Shown: positions 17,502-26,599, counted from the stretch's first letter. The stretch is 34,585 nucleotides of DNA from Candidatus Thorarchaeota archaeon (GCA_048884965.1 JBHLQH010000035.1:1-34585), one strand, 5' to 3'. Made by a program: numbers and translations. The notes: generated by a model from the letters alone, not told the origin.

Positions 17502-19199
17502 TTGGACGAACTTCCGTACAAGACAATATTGTGTGATGTTCTCGTCGTTGGTGCAGGCGGTGCAGGTTGCCGAGCAGCCATCGAGGCGGCAAACCACAAT
17601 CTTGACGTTATTATGATTAGTAAAGAGCTCGTCGGCAAGGCACATACTGCCATGGCTGAGGGCGGCTATAATGTATCACTTGGAAACGTAGACCCCAATG
17701 ACGATGTAGAGACTCACTTCAAGGACACAATCGTAGGTGGTAACTATCTCAACAATCAAGAACTTGCTCAGATCCTTGTTGAGAATGCAGCTGAGCGCAT
17801 CTACGACTTGGAGGACATGGGTGCTGTATTCGATAGGACTCCTGAAGGGAAGATTGCACAGAGACCCTTTGGTAAGCAGTCTTGGCGAAGGACCGCATAT
17901 GCATCTGATAGGACTGGGTCTGAGATCATGGTCACACTCACTGAGGCTATTCGAAAGACCTCCGTGAGAGTATTCGATGAGGTGTTTGCTACCAAACTGA
18001 TCCTCAAAGATGGAACGATTGCAGCAGTAACAGCAGTCGATTTGAAGTATGGTGACTATCTCGTGTTCCGACCCAAGGCTGTGGTCATGGCGACTGGTGG
18101 CGCTGGTCGTATCTACAAGGTCACAAGCAACGCTCAGCTTGATGTCGGCGATGGCTATGGTATGGCATATGAAGCAGGTGCTGAGCTCATCGATATGGAA
18201 ATGGTCCAATTCCATCCAACTGGAATGGTTGCACCAGAAAGCGCACGAGGCAAGCTCGTTACAGAGGCTGTGCGTGGAGAGGGTGGTATCCTTCTAAACA
18301 GCGAAGGTGAGCGTTTCATGAACAGGTACTATCCCGAGGTAATGGAACTAGCTGGTCGTGACCAAGTCGCACGGTCTATCATGACCGAGGTGCTCGAAGG
18401 TCGTGGCTCCCCTGATGGTGGCGCCTATCTAAGTATCGCACACCTTCCTGCTTCAATAATCGAGTTCAGATTGGAGAGCATGATCGAGCAGTTCGAAGAT
18501 GCTGGCGTCGATATACGTCATGAACCCATGCAGGTTTCTCCGACTGCCCACCACTTTATGGGCGGTATCAAGATTGACTCGAACGCTCAATCTTCTATTC
18601 CTGGTGTCTATGCAGCTGGTGAGTGCACTGGTGGTGTTCACGGTGGTAATAGACTAGGCGGAAACGCTCTTGCAGACACCCAAGTATTTGGAGCACTTGC
18701 GGGTGAGAATGCTGCAAAATATGCTAAGGCGAATGAACGATTGGCAGTCAATCGTGCAGAAGTCCAAGAGGAATTCGCTCACCTTGAGGCAATGTTGACC
18801 CGAAAGGAGGGAATCTCACCCTCTGATGCACGTGAGGAGCTCACTAATCTCATGTGGGACAAGGTCCAGATCTTCAGGAACGAAGAGGACATGGCATATG
18901 CGGTGAAGGAGCTCAGACGTATCGAGAAGGAGATTGTTCCCAAGATCAAAGTGGATGTCAATGAGAAACGATTCAATCCAGGATGGCACCAGGCTCTTGA
19001 GTTCGAGCACATGGTAAAGACCGCCCGGATGGTCGCAGAGGCCGCACTCATGAGGAAGGGAAACAGAGGTGCGCATTTCCGAACTGACGCTGACCCCAAT
19101 GATAAGGGCTATTACAATATCGTCATCCGAAAGGGCAAAGATGGCGAGATCGAACTGCGAAAGGAAGATGTGGTAGTCACCAAGATGCAATTACCATGA
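17502..19199 (+). CDS. tfrA: Fumarate reductase flavoprotein subunit (thiol:fumarate reductase subunit A type)
   Basis: GAGGAG FAD motif, GKAHTAMAEGG, QFHPTG, TEAVRGEGG, HHFMGG, HGGNRLGGNAL, RGAHFR. TTG start after GGAGG. Confidence 0.88.
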   Translation: MDELPYKTILCDVLVVGAGGAGCRAAIEAANHNLDVIMISKELVGKAHTAMAEGGYNVSLGNVDPNDDVETHFKDTIVGGNYLNNQELAQILVENAAERIYDLEDMGAVFDRTPEGKIAQRPFGKQSWRRTAYASDRTGSEIMVTLTEAIRKTSVRVFDEVFATKLILKDGTIAAVTAVDLKYGDYLVFRPKAVVMATGGAGRIYKVTSNAQLDVGDGYGMAYEAGAELIDMEMVQFHPTGMVAPESARGKLVTEAVRGEGGILLNSEGERFMNRYYPEVMELAGRDQVARSIMTEVLEGRGSPDGGAYLSIAHLPASIIEFRLESMIEQFEDAGVDIRHEPMQVSPTAHHFMGGIKIDSNAQSSIPGVYAAGECTGGVHGGNRLGGNALADTQVFGALAGENAAKYAKANERLAVNRAEVQEEFAHLEAMLTRKEGISPSDAREELTNLMWDKVQIFRNEEDMAYAVKELRRIEKEIVPKIKVDVNEKRFNPGWHQALEFEHMVKTARMVAEAALMRKGNRGAHFRTDADPNDKGYYNIVIRKGKDGEIELRKEDVVVTKMQLP

Positions 19200-19212
19200 G
19201 GAGGACACGAAA

Positions 19213-20778
19213 ATGGCAAAGATGATCAAAACAAGCGTAGAGCGATACAATCCTGACAAGGATGATGCCCCCTACCACCAAGAATTTGACGTTGAGTACG
19301 AGCCTGGCATGACAGCTCTCGATGCTCTCCTGTACATCCAAGACAAGCACGATTCAAGCCTTGCATTCCGTTGGGAGTGCAGAGGTGGTCAATGTGGATC
19401 CTGCGCAGTGAAGGTTAATGGAACCGCAAGAATTGCCTGCAGGACCAAGGTCAATCCTGATGAGAAGCTCGTCTTAGAGCCTCTTGAGAAGATGCCTGTC
19501 ATCAAGGATCTAGTCTGCGATATGGCTCAGACAACCTATAGAATTCGACGAATTCGACCATATGTCGCACGCGATAAGCCTGCACAGCGACCAGAGATCA
19601 TACACTCCGAAGAGATTGAGAAACTCCGTGAGATTCGTAAGTGTATCGAGTGTAGTGCCTGTCTATCGAATTGTCCTATAGTCCATGAAACATGGGAATA
19701 TCCAGGTCCAATGATTATTCGTCAGATTGCACGACTTGAGCTTGATCCTCGAGATGTGGAGGATCGCGTTGCGATGGCAATGAACGAGTCTGTTTACAGC
19801 TGCACGACTTGTAAGATGTGTACCGATATCTGTCCAAAGAAGATCGACATCCCCGCACTCGCAGTTGAGCTCTTGCGTCACAAGGCTGTCGAAGCAGGTT
19901 ATCCATTAGCGGAGGGACAACAAGCATTCTTGGACCAAGTCAACCAGACTGGTCGTGCAGTACCTGAGAAGGATACAGGCCTCCTCCATGGGCTTGATAC
20001 CGAGGAGTTCCTTGTAGACAATCCACGAGGCAGAGTTGGCTTCTTCACCGGGTGCCTTATTGACTATCGAATGCAAAGCACTGGAAAGGCACTCATTGAA
20101 GTCTTGAACCGCAACAACGTGGATGTCATCGTTCCAAAGGAGCAATGGTGTTGTGCAAGTCCTGCATTCAGAACTGGTGACCTGAAGACAGCACACGCTG
20201 CAGTCGAGCGAGTCACAGAGATTTTCGAGAATGCAATGGAGAAATACAACTTCGATACCGTTGTCGTCGCCTGTGCTGGGTGTGGAAAGACCCTGACAGA
20301 GGACCACCGACCCTATATAGAAGAGAAACGAGGTTCACCACCCAAGTTCAAGGTCTATGACCTCTCAAAGTACATGATTGATGTCATTGGCAGAGAGAAT
20401 CTGGTCATGCCTAAGGGTAAGATCAACCTCAAGGTCACTTATCATGAGCCTTGCCACTTGGGTCGAGGACAGCATGTCTATGGACAACCAATCGACCTTC
20501 TCAAGATGATTCCAGGTGTTGAGTACATTGAGGATCCGATGAAGAATCGATGCTGTGGTGCTGGTGGTGGAGTTCGTGCCGGTAAGCGTGATCTATCACA
20601 GAAGATTGCTCTTACAAAGAAGGAGTACATCGAAGCTACCGGAGCAGACATGGTCACTACGGAATGTCCATTCTGCACGATACAAATCAATGACATGATG
20701 AAGGACTCAGCAACGGGTATGCAGGTACGTTATATCCCAGACTTGTTAGCAGAGTCTTACAGAAAGGGCGACGAGTAG
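19213..20778 (+). CDS. tfrB: Thiol:fumarate reductase subunit B (SdhB/FrdB Fe-S domain fused to HdrD-like CCG domains)
   Basis: 2Fe-2S CRGGQCGSC..C; 4Fe-4S CIECSACLSNCP and CTTCKMCTDICP; two cysteine-rich domains FTGC..WCCA..ACAGC and HEPCH..RCCGAGGG..ECPFC. Confidence 0.88.
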   Translation: MAKMIKTSVERYNPDKDDAPYHQEFDVEYEPGMTALDALLYIQDKHDSSLAFRWECRGGQCGSCAVKVNGTARIACRTKVNPDEKLVLEPLEKMPVIKDLVCDMAQTTYRIRRIRPYVARDKPAQRPEIIHSEEIEKLREIRKCIECSACLSNCPIVHETWEYPGPMIIRQIARLELDPRDVEDRVAMAMNESVYSCTTCKMCTDICPKKIDIPALAVELLRHKAVEAGYPLAEGQQAFLDQVNQTGRAVPEKDTGLLHGLDTEEFLVDNPRGRVGFFTGCLIDYRMQSTGKALIEVLNRNNVDVIVPKEQWCCASPAFRTGDLKTAHAAVERVTEIFENAMEKYNFDTVVVACAGCGKTLTEDHRPYIEEKRGSPPKFKVYDLSKYMIDVIGRENLVMPKGKINLKVTYHEPCHLGRGQHVYGQPIDLLKMIPGVEYIEDPMKNRCCGAGGGVRAGKRDLSQKIALTKKEYIEATGADMVTTECPFCTIQINDMMKDSATGMQVRYIPDLLAESYRKGDE

Positions 20779-20782
20779 CCGC

Positions 20783-20820
20783 AAGAGAGGCTTCGGCCTC
20801 TCTTTCATTCTTTATTCTCA
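20783..20820 (+). terminator. Hairpin terminator after tfrB
   Basis: AAGAGAGGC-TTCG-GCCTCTCTT (perfect 9-bp stem, cUUCGg tetraloop) followed by a T-rich tract. Confidence 0.75.
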
Positions 20821-20919
20821 CTTCAGCTTCTCTACGATACTTTAGAGGAATGAAGTTACTATCCCGTTTCACTCTTGGAAACTTAAATGCTTTAGAAACT
20901 AAAGTAATGGTGAAAAACA

Positions 20920-21459
20920 ATGACAACTCAAAATCTCCAACGTACATCTGGCTTTGGCTATCGGATTATGGCATCTTACCTGAAATTCCGCGAACGATTT
21001 CGAAAACCAGAAGATTTCCTACGAAGTCTTGGGATAAAGCGGGGCGATGTGATCCTTGATCATGGATGTGGTATAGGGAGCTATTCCATACCTGCAGCTA
21101 AGATGGTGGGTGTTACTGGCAAAGTGTACGCTCTCGACATTCACCCTATTGGCATAGAGAAAACACAAAAGCGCGCAGAAAAGGAAGGGCTCAGAAACCT
21201 AGAGACCATCCTATCTGGCCTTGAGAATGGATTACCCGATCAATACGTCGATATCGTACTTCTGATTGATGTCTTTACCTGGATTGAGGATAAGGTCGCA
21301 CTCCTGAATGAGTTTCACAGAGTATTGAAGCCGTCAGGTCAATTGGTAGTTCTTATTGACCACGCCTCTCCTGACGAGTGTAAGACAATTGTAGATAAGA
21401 CGGGTCAGTTCAGGCTAGCGAAACAGGACGGGAATGTCTTATACTACCTACGTGTATAG
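20920..21459 (+). CDS. Class I SAM-dependent methyltransferase
   Basis: Motif I VILDHGCGIG, VYALDIHP, and EFHRVLKPSG. Confidence 0.9.
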   Translation: MTTQNLQRTSGFGYRIMASYLKFRERFRKPEDFLRSLGIKRGDVILDHGCGIGSYSIPAAKMVGVTGKVYALDIHPIGIEKTQKRAEKEGLRNLETILSGLENGLPDQYVDIVLLIDVFTWIEDKVALLNEFHRVLKPSGQLVVLIDHASPDECKTIVDKTGQFRLAKQDGNVLYYLRV

Positions 21460-21463
21460 CTGA

Positions 21464-22732
21464 CTACTTTCCTTTCAGGTACTCTCTTACCATTCGATGA
21501 ATCTGCAAAGCAACAAGTGCTTCAGATACCAAGCCCATATCTACAAGGTTCCAAGCCGCTTGCGTGAAGATTATGATATGTGATGACTTAGGCTGCCCGT
21601 ATAATGCGGAGAAGGCATATTGCGCAGCTCTGACCATTCCCCAGTCTTTTCTTTTCAGCTTGGGGATCAGCGACTCAAATGATTCGGATTGCAGGTCCGT
21701 CATCGCATCCCAGATATCTGAGAGGTTTTGAGCAAACCACTCACGGGTAGATTCAGAATGCGGAAGATCAATTCTACTTGGAAGGCATTCCCAATCAGTT
21801 CCGGGCTTTGCTGTCATCACTTTCTTGACATCAAGTTGGGTCTTCGTAGGTACCTTCACTCCCATGTTCTTCTTCAATGCCCTAAGTAGCCAATCCACGG
21901 TCTTATCATGAACCAGACCCTTATGTGCTGCATATGCAATCCGATGTGCAAAGATTCCATTGTGTCCTAGAATTCCATAATGCACCAGTGAAGATCCAAT
22001 AAGATCGCTTTCTCCTGTCAGGTTCGTAGGTTTTGCCAGTTGCTTGAATTGCTCATCCTCTATGTACTTCTCAGGTCTTTTGCCAGGTACTTTCCGTACC
22101 ATATATTCTGCCAGATGCCACAGTGCAGCAATATGTGGATGACGATACTTGGAAATTGGCAATTCTGTAAGCAATGATAACGGCATGATAAAACCATGTC
22201 CGAGACTGTCTGGTTCCTCAGCCGACATAGACAATACCATTCGTGTCAATCCTATCGTCTGGTCCATCGAAGAGAGACCGATACAACCTTCCATTGCTCC
22301 CAGTACACTCTTCTCTCTAATCGATTGGGTGAATTTTCTTAGCAAATTTCCCGGAGAATCAACCCCAGAGCGTGCGTCATACATCGGCCCTTTTTCTGGA
22401 AGCCAATGATCGACAGATGCTAGGTGTTGCGCAAGACGTTGAACGAGCGCCAATTGGATTGACTTCTTCAGGTCCTCTGGAGTGTTTATGGGTGAAGTAT
22501 CAAGTTCCTTTTCCAGCATCTTATCGTTGAAACCCACATCCTCTATCATCCTGTGGATCGCGAACGTAAGAATAGTTGAATGCGGAGTATCGTAGGTCTT
22601 CTGCTCATGCCATGATGCCGCATGCATTAGAATCGCCCAGATTGCAGAGGGCTGTGCCCTTGATAGCATCTCACCTAATGCCTTGACAGTTTCTGACTCG
22701 TCCCCCTTCAAGCATGATTCGACCAGATTCAT
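21464..22732 (-). CDS. Hypothetical all-alpha protein with repeated His motifs
   Basis: Long open frame with plausible composition; motifs DTPHS, LGHGFI, LGHNGI, SSHIII. Confidence 0.75.
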   Translation of the reverse strand: MNLVESCLKGDESETVKALGEMLSRAQPSAIWAILMHAASWHEQKTYDTPHSTILTFAIHRMIEDVGFNDKMLEKELDTSPINTPEDLKKSIQLALVQRLAQHLASVDHWLPEKGPMYDARSGVDSPGNLLRKFTQSIREKSVLGAMEGCIGLSSMDQTIGLTRMVLSMSAEEPDSLGHGFIMPLSLLTELPISKYRHPHIAALWHLAEYMVRKVPGKRPEKYIEDEQFKQLAKPTNLTGESDLIGSSLVHYGILGHNGIFAHRIAYAAHKGLVHDKTVDWLLRALKKNMGVKVPTKTQLDVKKVMTAKPGTDWECLPSRIDLPHSESTREWFAQNLSDIWDAMTDLQSESFESLIPKLKRKDWGMVRAAQYAFSALYGQPKSSHIIIFTQAAWNLVDMGLVSEALVALQIHRMVREYLKGK

Positions 22733-22827
22733 TCTAACACCTATCTCTGACTATTTCAATTAACATAGCACTTCGGATGAATATATTTGTTGAGAACGAT
22801 GGTTTTGCATTGATCTATACGCTTTGG

Positions 22828-23376
22828 CTACGAGATGATGAATGATTGTCTGCACACGGTACAGGTAACGGTTTCACCCCGAACCGCAACGCGTTCTAGC
22901 TCAGCTCGACAATAGGGACATCCATGTACTGTTTTCGGTGCTGGACCAGTTCCTGTACCTAGAATGAAATCCCCCGAGTCATGATCGACCCTTCCTGACA
23001 ATTCTCTTCCATCAAGCAGGTCTGTTAGGATCTTAGCGACTTCATGTGCTGGAACGCCTGACTCCTGTGATATCTTCTCAATTGGAATCTTCCTCATTCC
23101 TTGGACGGTTCTCTTTACCGCGCTAACAGGATCAATTAGTGCTTTCTTTACCGGCGTCGCGGGTGTCAGTTTGGCCGCTGCTATTTCCTCAGAATCGATT
23201 CGAGGCTCTGGTACTCTAACAGGCAGAGAACCTCCTGCAGCTTGGAGCTTGTTTCGTAAGTCCTCCATCTTCATATTGTACTCTTCTTCGGATACCCAGC
23301 CTCGCATATAGTCTAGGTCCAAATCCTTGATGGCTGCTTCAATCCGTCTTACTTCACTATTGGTCCCATCTTCCAT
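22828..23376 (-). CDS. SHOCT-like + PCI/winged-helix + zinc-ribbon protein
   Basis: N-terminal LDLDYMRGWVSEEEYNMKMEDL (SHOCT-like); IPIEKISQESGVPAHEVAKILTDLLDGRELSGRVDHDSGDF (PCI wH pattern); C-terminal CPYC..CTVC. Confidence 0.65.
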   Translation of the reverse strand: MEDGTNSEVRRIEAAIKDLDLDYMRGWVSEEEYNMKMEDLRNKLQAAGGSLPVRVPEPRIDSEEIAAAKLTPATPVKKALIDPVSAVKRTVQGMRKIPIEKISQESGVPAHEVAKILTDLLDGRELSGRVDHDSGDFILGTGTGPAPKTVHGCPYCRAELERVAVRGETVTCTVCRQSFIIS

Positions 23377-23504
23377 CTACATAATCTCCTAGGTTTCAAC
23401 AAATCTTGTTTCATTAATGAATATATGGCGATTGAAATAGGCAGCATGACCATAGCGGAAATCCCTTAACAGCGGCACATCTCTCTCGCAACAGGTGGCG
23501 AAAA

Positions 23505-23891
23505 CTGCACGAATTCTCAGCAGCACTATCAATTGTAGAAACAGCAGTTCAAGCTGCTGTTCAGAACAAGGTGAAACGAGTAACCGAGGTCAATGTAGAG
23601 ATAGGTGAGTTCACCTTTCTCATACCTGAGCAGCTGGCCTTCAATTTTGAGATTGCCAGTAAGAATACGGTGCTTGAGGGTGCGGAGTTGAAGATTACGA
23701 AGAAGAGAGGCGTGCTCAAGTGCAGTGAATGTGGATTCGAAGGGGAGTCTATCGTTGATCCTGATATTCCTCCTCAAATAGCGTCCTTCTCACCCATGAA
23801 ATGTCCCAATTGCAGTAGCAGCGCAACTGAGATCGTTGGTGGCAAGGAATTCATAATAAAAGATATCCGCGCTGAGGTCGAAGAAACCTAG
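23505..23891 (+). CDS. hypA: Hydrogenase maturation nickel metallochaperone HypA, probable CTG start
   Basis: The in-frame 5' extension reads (M)HEFSAALSIVE, the HypA MHE motif; CSEC/CPNC Zn site; GGKEFII. RBS-like AGGTGG lies 6 nt upstream of the CTG. Confidence 0.9.
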   Translation: MHEFSAALSIVETAVQAAVQNKVKRVTEVNVEIGEFTFLIPEQLAFNFEIASKNTVLEGAELKITKKRGVLKCSECGFEGESIVDPDIPPQIASFSPMKCPNCSSSATEIVGGKEFIIKDIRAEVEET

Positions 23892-23944
23892 TTTCCACTC
23901 ATTCTGATAGAGGGGTTCTGGACCCCTGAGAGAATAAAGAAGTA

Positions 23945-24322
23945 CTACACTAGTACAGCATTAACAATACCATCTTGACCTGGTCTGCTCGTTACCTTCG
24001 CACGGCCCTTAGAGGTCTTGATGATTGTTCCTCGTGTGATGACCTTCCTTCGTTGGTAGTCCATATTTGCGGGATTGTTCTCGACATCCTCAATATCTGC
24101 ACGGTAGGTTTCGTTCTTCTTTGGATCAGTTATATTGGCATATTTGACAGTAAGAGCAAGAACTTTCTTTGATTTTCCTTTACTGTCTATGACTTTTCGC
24201 TTTGGCGCTCCCATCAGTGTTTCAGTTGGAACCCTACCCATCTGGTGTTTCCGCTTGCTTCTGAATTTTTTCACTCTGGAACCAGTCTTAGTACGTCCGG
24301 ATCTTCCGTGCCAGATTCCCAT
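23945..24322 (-). CDS. rps8e: 30S ribosomal protein S8e
   Basis: MGIWHGRSGRTKTG, RKHQMGR, NPAN..RRKVITRGTII, VTSRPGQDGIVNAVL. Confidence 0.97.
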   Translation of the reverse strand: MGIWHGRSGRTKTGSRVKKFRSKRKHQMGRVPTETLMGAPKRKVIDSKGKSKKVLALTVKYANITDPKKNETYRADIEDVENNPANMDYQRRKVITRGTIIKTSKGRAKVTSRPGQDGIVNAVLV

Positions 24323-24469
24323 TTTAGACTACCTCGTAGTTTGGTCAGTGTCGCTCAGCGTGGAGATGTTTTAAATGTTGCTCATCGACCATACTCGTTT
24401 GAGGGACACAGCGTCCATTTCATATATGGTGAATGTCCCCTCAGAACTATCCCCTCCGGAGATAATCTC

Positions 24470-25483
24470 ATGACCAAGATCGAAACAGCTCATGGCGCTG
24501 GCGGAAAGATCATGCAGCGTCTGCTAGAAGAAGTGGTTATTCCATCCTTTGGACGCAGGAAAATTGGTACAATAGGTCTTGACGAGATGGATGATGGTGC
24601 CACACTGGTGATAGATGGGCAGAAGCTTATCGTATGTGCAGATGCGCATACCGTTCACCCCATTTTCTTTCCAGGGGGGAACCTCGGGACGCTCACCGCC
24701 TGTGGTACGATCAATGATCTGTCTGTAATGGGTGCTCAACCTATTGCTATGACGAATACGATCTTGGTTGAGGAAGGTACAGAGATTGATACACTGAAGA
24801 AAATACTTCATTCATTGAATGATGTCATTGAACCACTTGGAGTAGCGATGATTGCAGGGGACACCAAGGTAATGCCAAGTGGAACCCTAGATGGCATCGT
24901 GATGTCAACAACAGGCATTGGAAGAGTCTACGGGGACGCACCCATTTCTGATGCAGGTGCCCAAGTTGGCGATGACATCATCCTTACCGGTCCTATTGGA
25001 GACCATGGGACCACGCTTTTGGCTCATAGAGAAGGTCTCGAGTTCGACACCGACCTAGTCAGTGATGTCGCTCCGCTTTGGGAGCCTATCAAGGCATGTC
25101 TGGATGTGGGCGGTGTGCATGCCATGAAGGATCCAACTCGTGGCGGTACTGCTGTCGCACTCAATGAGATCGCATCCAAATCCAAGGTCGAATTCGTGAT
25201 TGATGAATCCCTCATTCCTGTACGGCAAGGCGTGAGATCGTTATGCGAGATACTTGGTCTGAATCCTCTACATATGAGTAACGAAGGGACTGCGCTCATG
25301 ACTGTTGATTCTGAGTACACAGAGGATCTCTTGAAAGTCTTGAGACCGCATGGTTCTACCAAAGACGCGCAAGTTGTTGGAAAAGTAGCAGATGGGGAAC
25401 CTCGGGTAATAATGAAGACCCAAATTGGCGGTCATAAACTCATACAGGTACCCTATGGTGAACCGGTCCCCCGGGTCTGTTAG
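24470..25483 (+). CDS. hypE: Hydrogenase maturation carbamoyl dehydratase HypE
   Basis: TAHGAGGK, PIFFPGGNLG, GTINDLSVMGA, GDTKV, MKDPTRGG, NEG, and C-terminal PRVC. Start trimmed to ATG 24470. Confidence 0.96.
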   Translation: MTKIETAHGAGGKIMQRLLEEVVIPSFGRRKIGTIGLDEMDDGATLVIDGQKLIVCADAHTVHPIFFPGGNLGTLTACGTINDLSVMGAQPIAMTNTILVEEGTEIDTLKKILHSLNDVIEPLGVAMIAGDTKVMPSGTLDGIVMSTTGIGRVYGDAPISDAGAQVGDDIILTGPIGDHGTTLLAHREGLEFDTDLVSDVAPLWEPIKACLDVGGVHAMKDPTRGGTAVALNEIASKSKVEFVIDESLIPVRQGVRSLCEILGLNPLHMSNEGTALMTVDSEYTEDLLKVLRPHGSTKDAQVVGKVADGEPRVIMKTQIGGHKLIQVPYGEPVPRVC

Positions 25484-25583
25484 CGACACCCGCCAGACGA
25501 AATACAAGCAAGGTACGCTTAAGATAGCTTTGGAGTATACAACATGGGTTTTCCATTTGTGTGACGAAGTTTCTAGGAACTCA

Positions 25584-26036
25584 TTGATATCAAAAGAATC
25601 CCACCCCTCAGGGCTCTTTACTAGGATAAAGGAGCGTCTGGGTAGTCTACTAGCAAAAGATGACACGGAGAGCAATGTTACCATTGCTCGTGATACACAT
25701 TCATTTGATACATTGGCTCATCCGGTGACAGACGTCAAGAAAAAAGAGGTCAGTCCTCAAACACGAGAGCCTTCTGTGGAGCAACCTGCACAATCTCGTT
25801 CTAAGATGCACCAGCTCTACAACAAATACAGACACCTAGTGGAAGAGCGTAACGATATCAATGCCCAGAAGGATGAGTTGACACGGAAGGTGGATTCAGG
25901 GGAACTGACCACTGCTCAAACCCATCAGAAGATGGTTGCATTGACACGCGAGGCCTCTCAGCTAACAGAGGTCCTACGAGAGATATCCGAACGTCTTACT
26001 GAGCTTGGTCATCCGAGATTCAAACGAACTGGATAG
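25584..26036 (+). CDS. Hypothetical protein with C-terminal coiled-coil/SHOCT-like hairpin
   Basis: Probable TTG start at 25584 (LISKESHPSGLFTRIKERL), a low-complexity linker, and the helical C-terminus QKDELTRKVDSGELT. Confidence 0.6.
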   Translation: MISKESHPSGLFTRIKERLGSLLAKDDTESNVTIARDTHSFDTLAHPVTDVKKKEVSPQTREPSVEQPAQSRSKMHQLYNKYRHLVEERNDINAQKDELTRKVDSGELTTAQTHQKMVALTREASQLTEVLREISERLTELGHPRFKRTG

Positions 26037-26040
26037 ATAC

Positions 26041-26595
26041 CTACAGTGCCTCATTAAGGGCTCTGTCCTCTCTCTCTTTTTGCTCAGCCAAAATGCCCTT
26101 TAGTTTGTGCTTGAGCTGTGCCTTTAATCGAATTCTATCCTGATCCAGGCCAAAATAGTCCGCGAAGAGCGGGGTGGTCTTGAGCATCTTGCTCCTGCCT
26201 TCCGGAATCGCCTCGATGAACTTCTTCTCTTCGAGTTCCTTGACATGGTCATAACAATGTGTGCCTCGTTGAGCGACAAGATCTGATTGGATGATTGGCT
26301 GTTTCAAAGCGATGAAGACAAGAGTCTGCAGAGTAGCAAATGATAAGAGACCTCCAGGAATGAGTTTTCCAACTCTCGGAGTCAACTCCGGCTTGAGTTG
26401 CATGACATATCTGTCACGTGGCAAGCCGATAACCTCAAGGGCTCCCTTGCGCTTGTTGTACGTGAAGCTAAGGTCCTCAAGGATTTTCCTCGCAGTAGAC
26501 TCTGCTTTTCCGATAAGTTCGGCAAGCTCCTGAAGGGTCAATGCTCTCCCTGCTGCATAGAGGGCTGCTTCAATAGTTAGCATATCTTCACTCAT
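26041..26595 (-). CDS. scpB: SMC-Scp complex KITE subunit ScpB
   Basis: IEAALYAAG, LQTLVFIALKQPI.Q..L...RG, GRS..L.TT..FADYFGL; directly follows scpA. Confidence 0.93.
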   Translation of the reverse strand: MSEDMLTIEAALYAAGRALTLQELAELIGKAESTARKILEDLSFTYNKRKGALEVIGLPRDRYVMQLKPELTPRVGKLIPGGLLSFATLQTLVFIALKQPIIQSDLVAQRGTHCYDHVKELEEKKFIEAIPEGRSKMLKTTPLFADYFGLDQDRIRLKAQLKHKLKGILAEQKEREDRALNEAL

Positions 26596-26599
26596 TACA

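Noticed and set aside
24245-24469. 75-aa N-terminal extension of HypE in the ORF track
   Set aside because: It overlaps rps8e on the other strand; HypE homology starts at MTKIETAHG (24470).
23505-25483. rps8e lying between hypA and hypE as a possible insertion
   Set aside because: No repeats or mobile-element traces; ordinary gene shuffling explains it.
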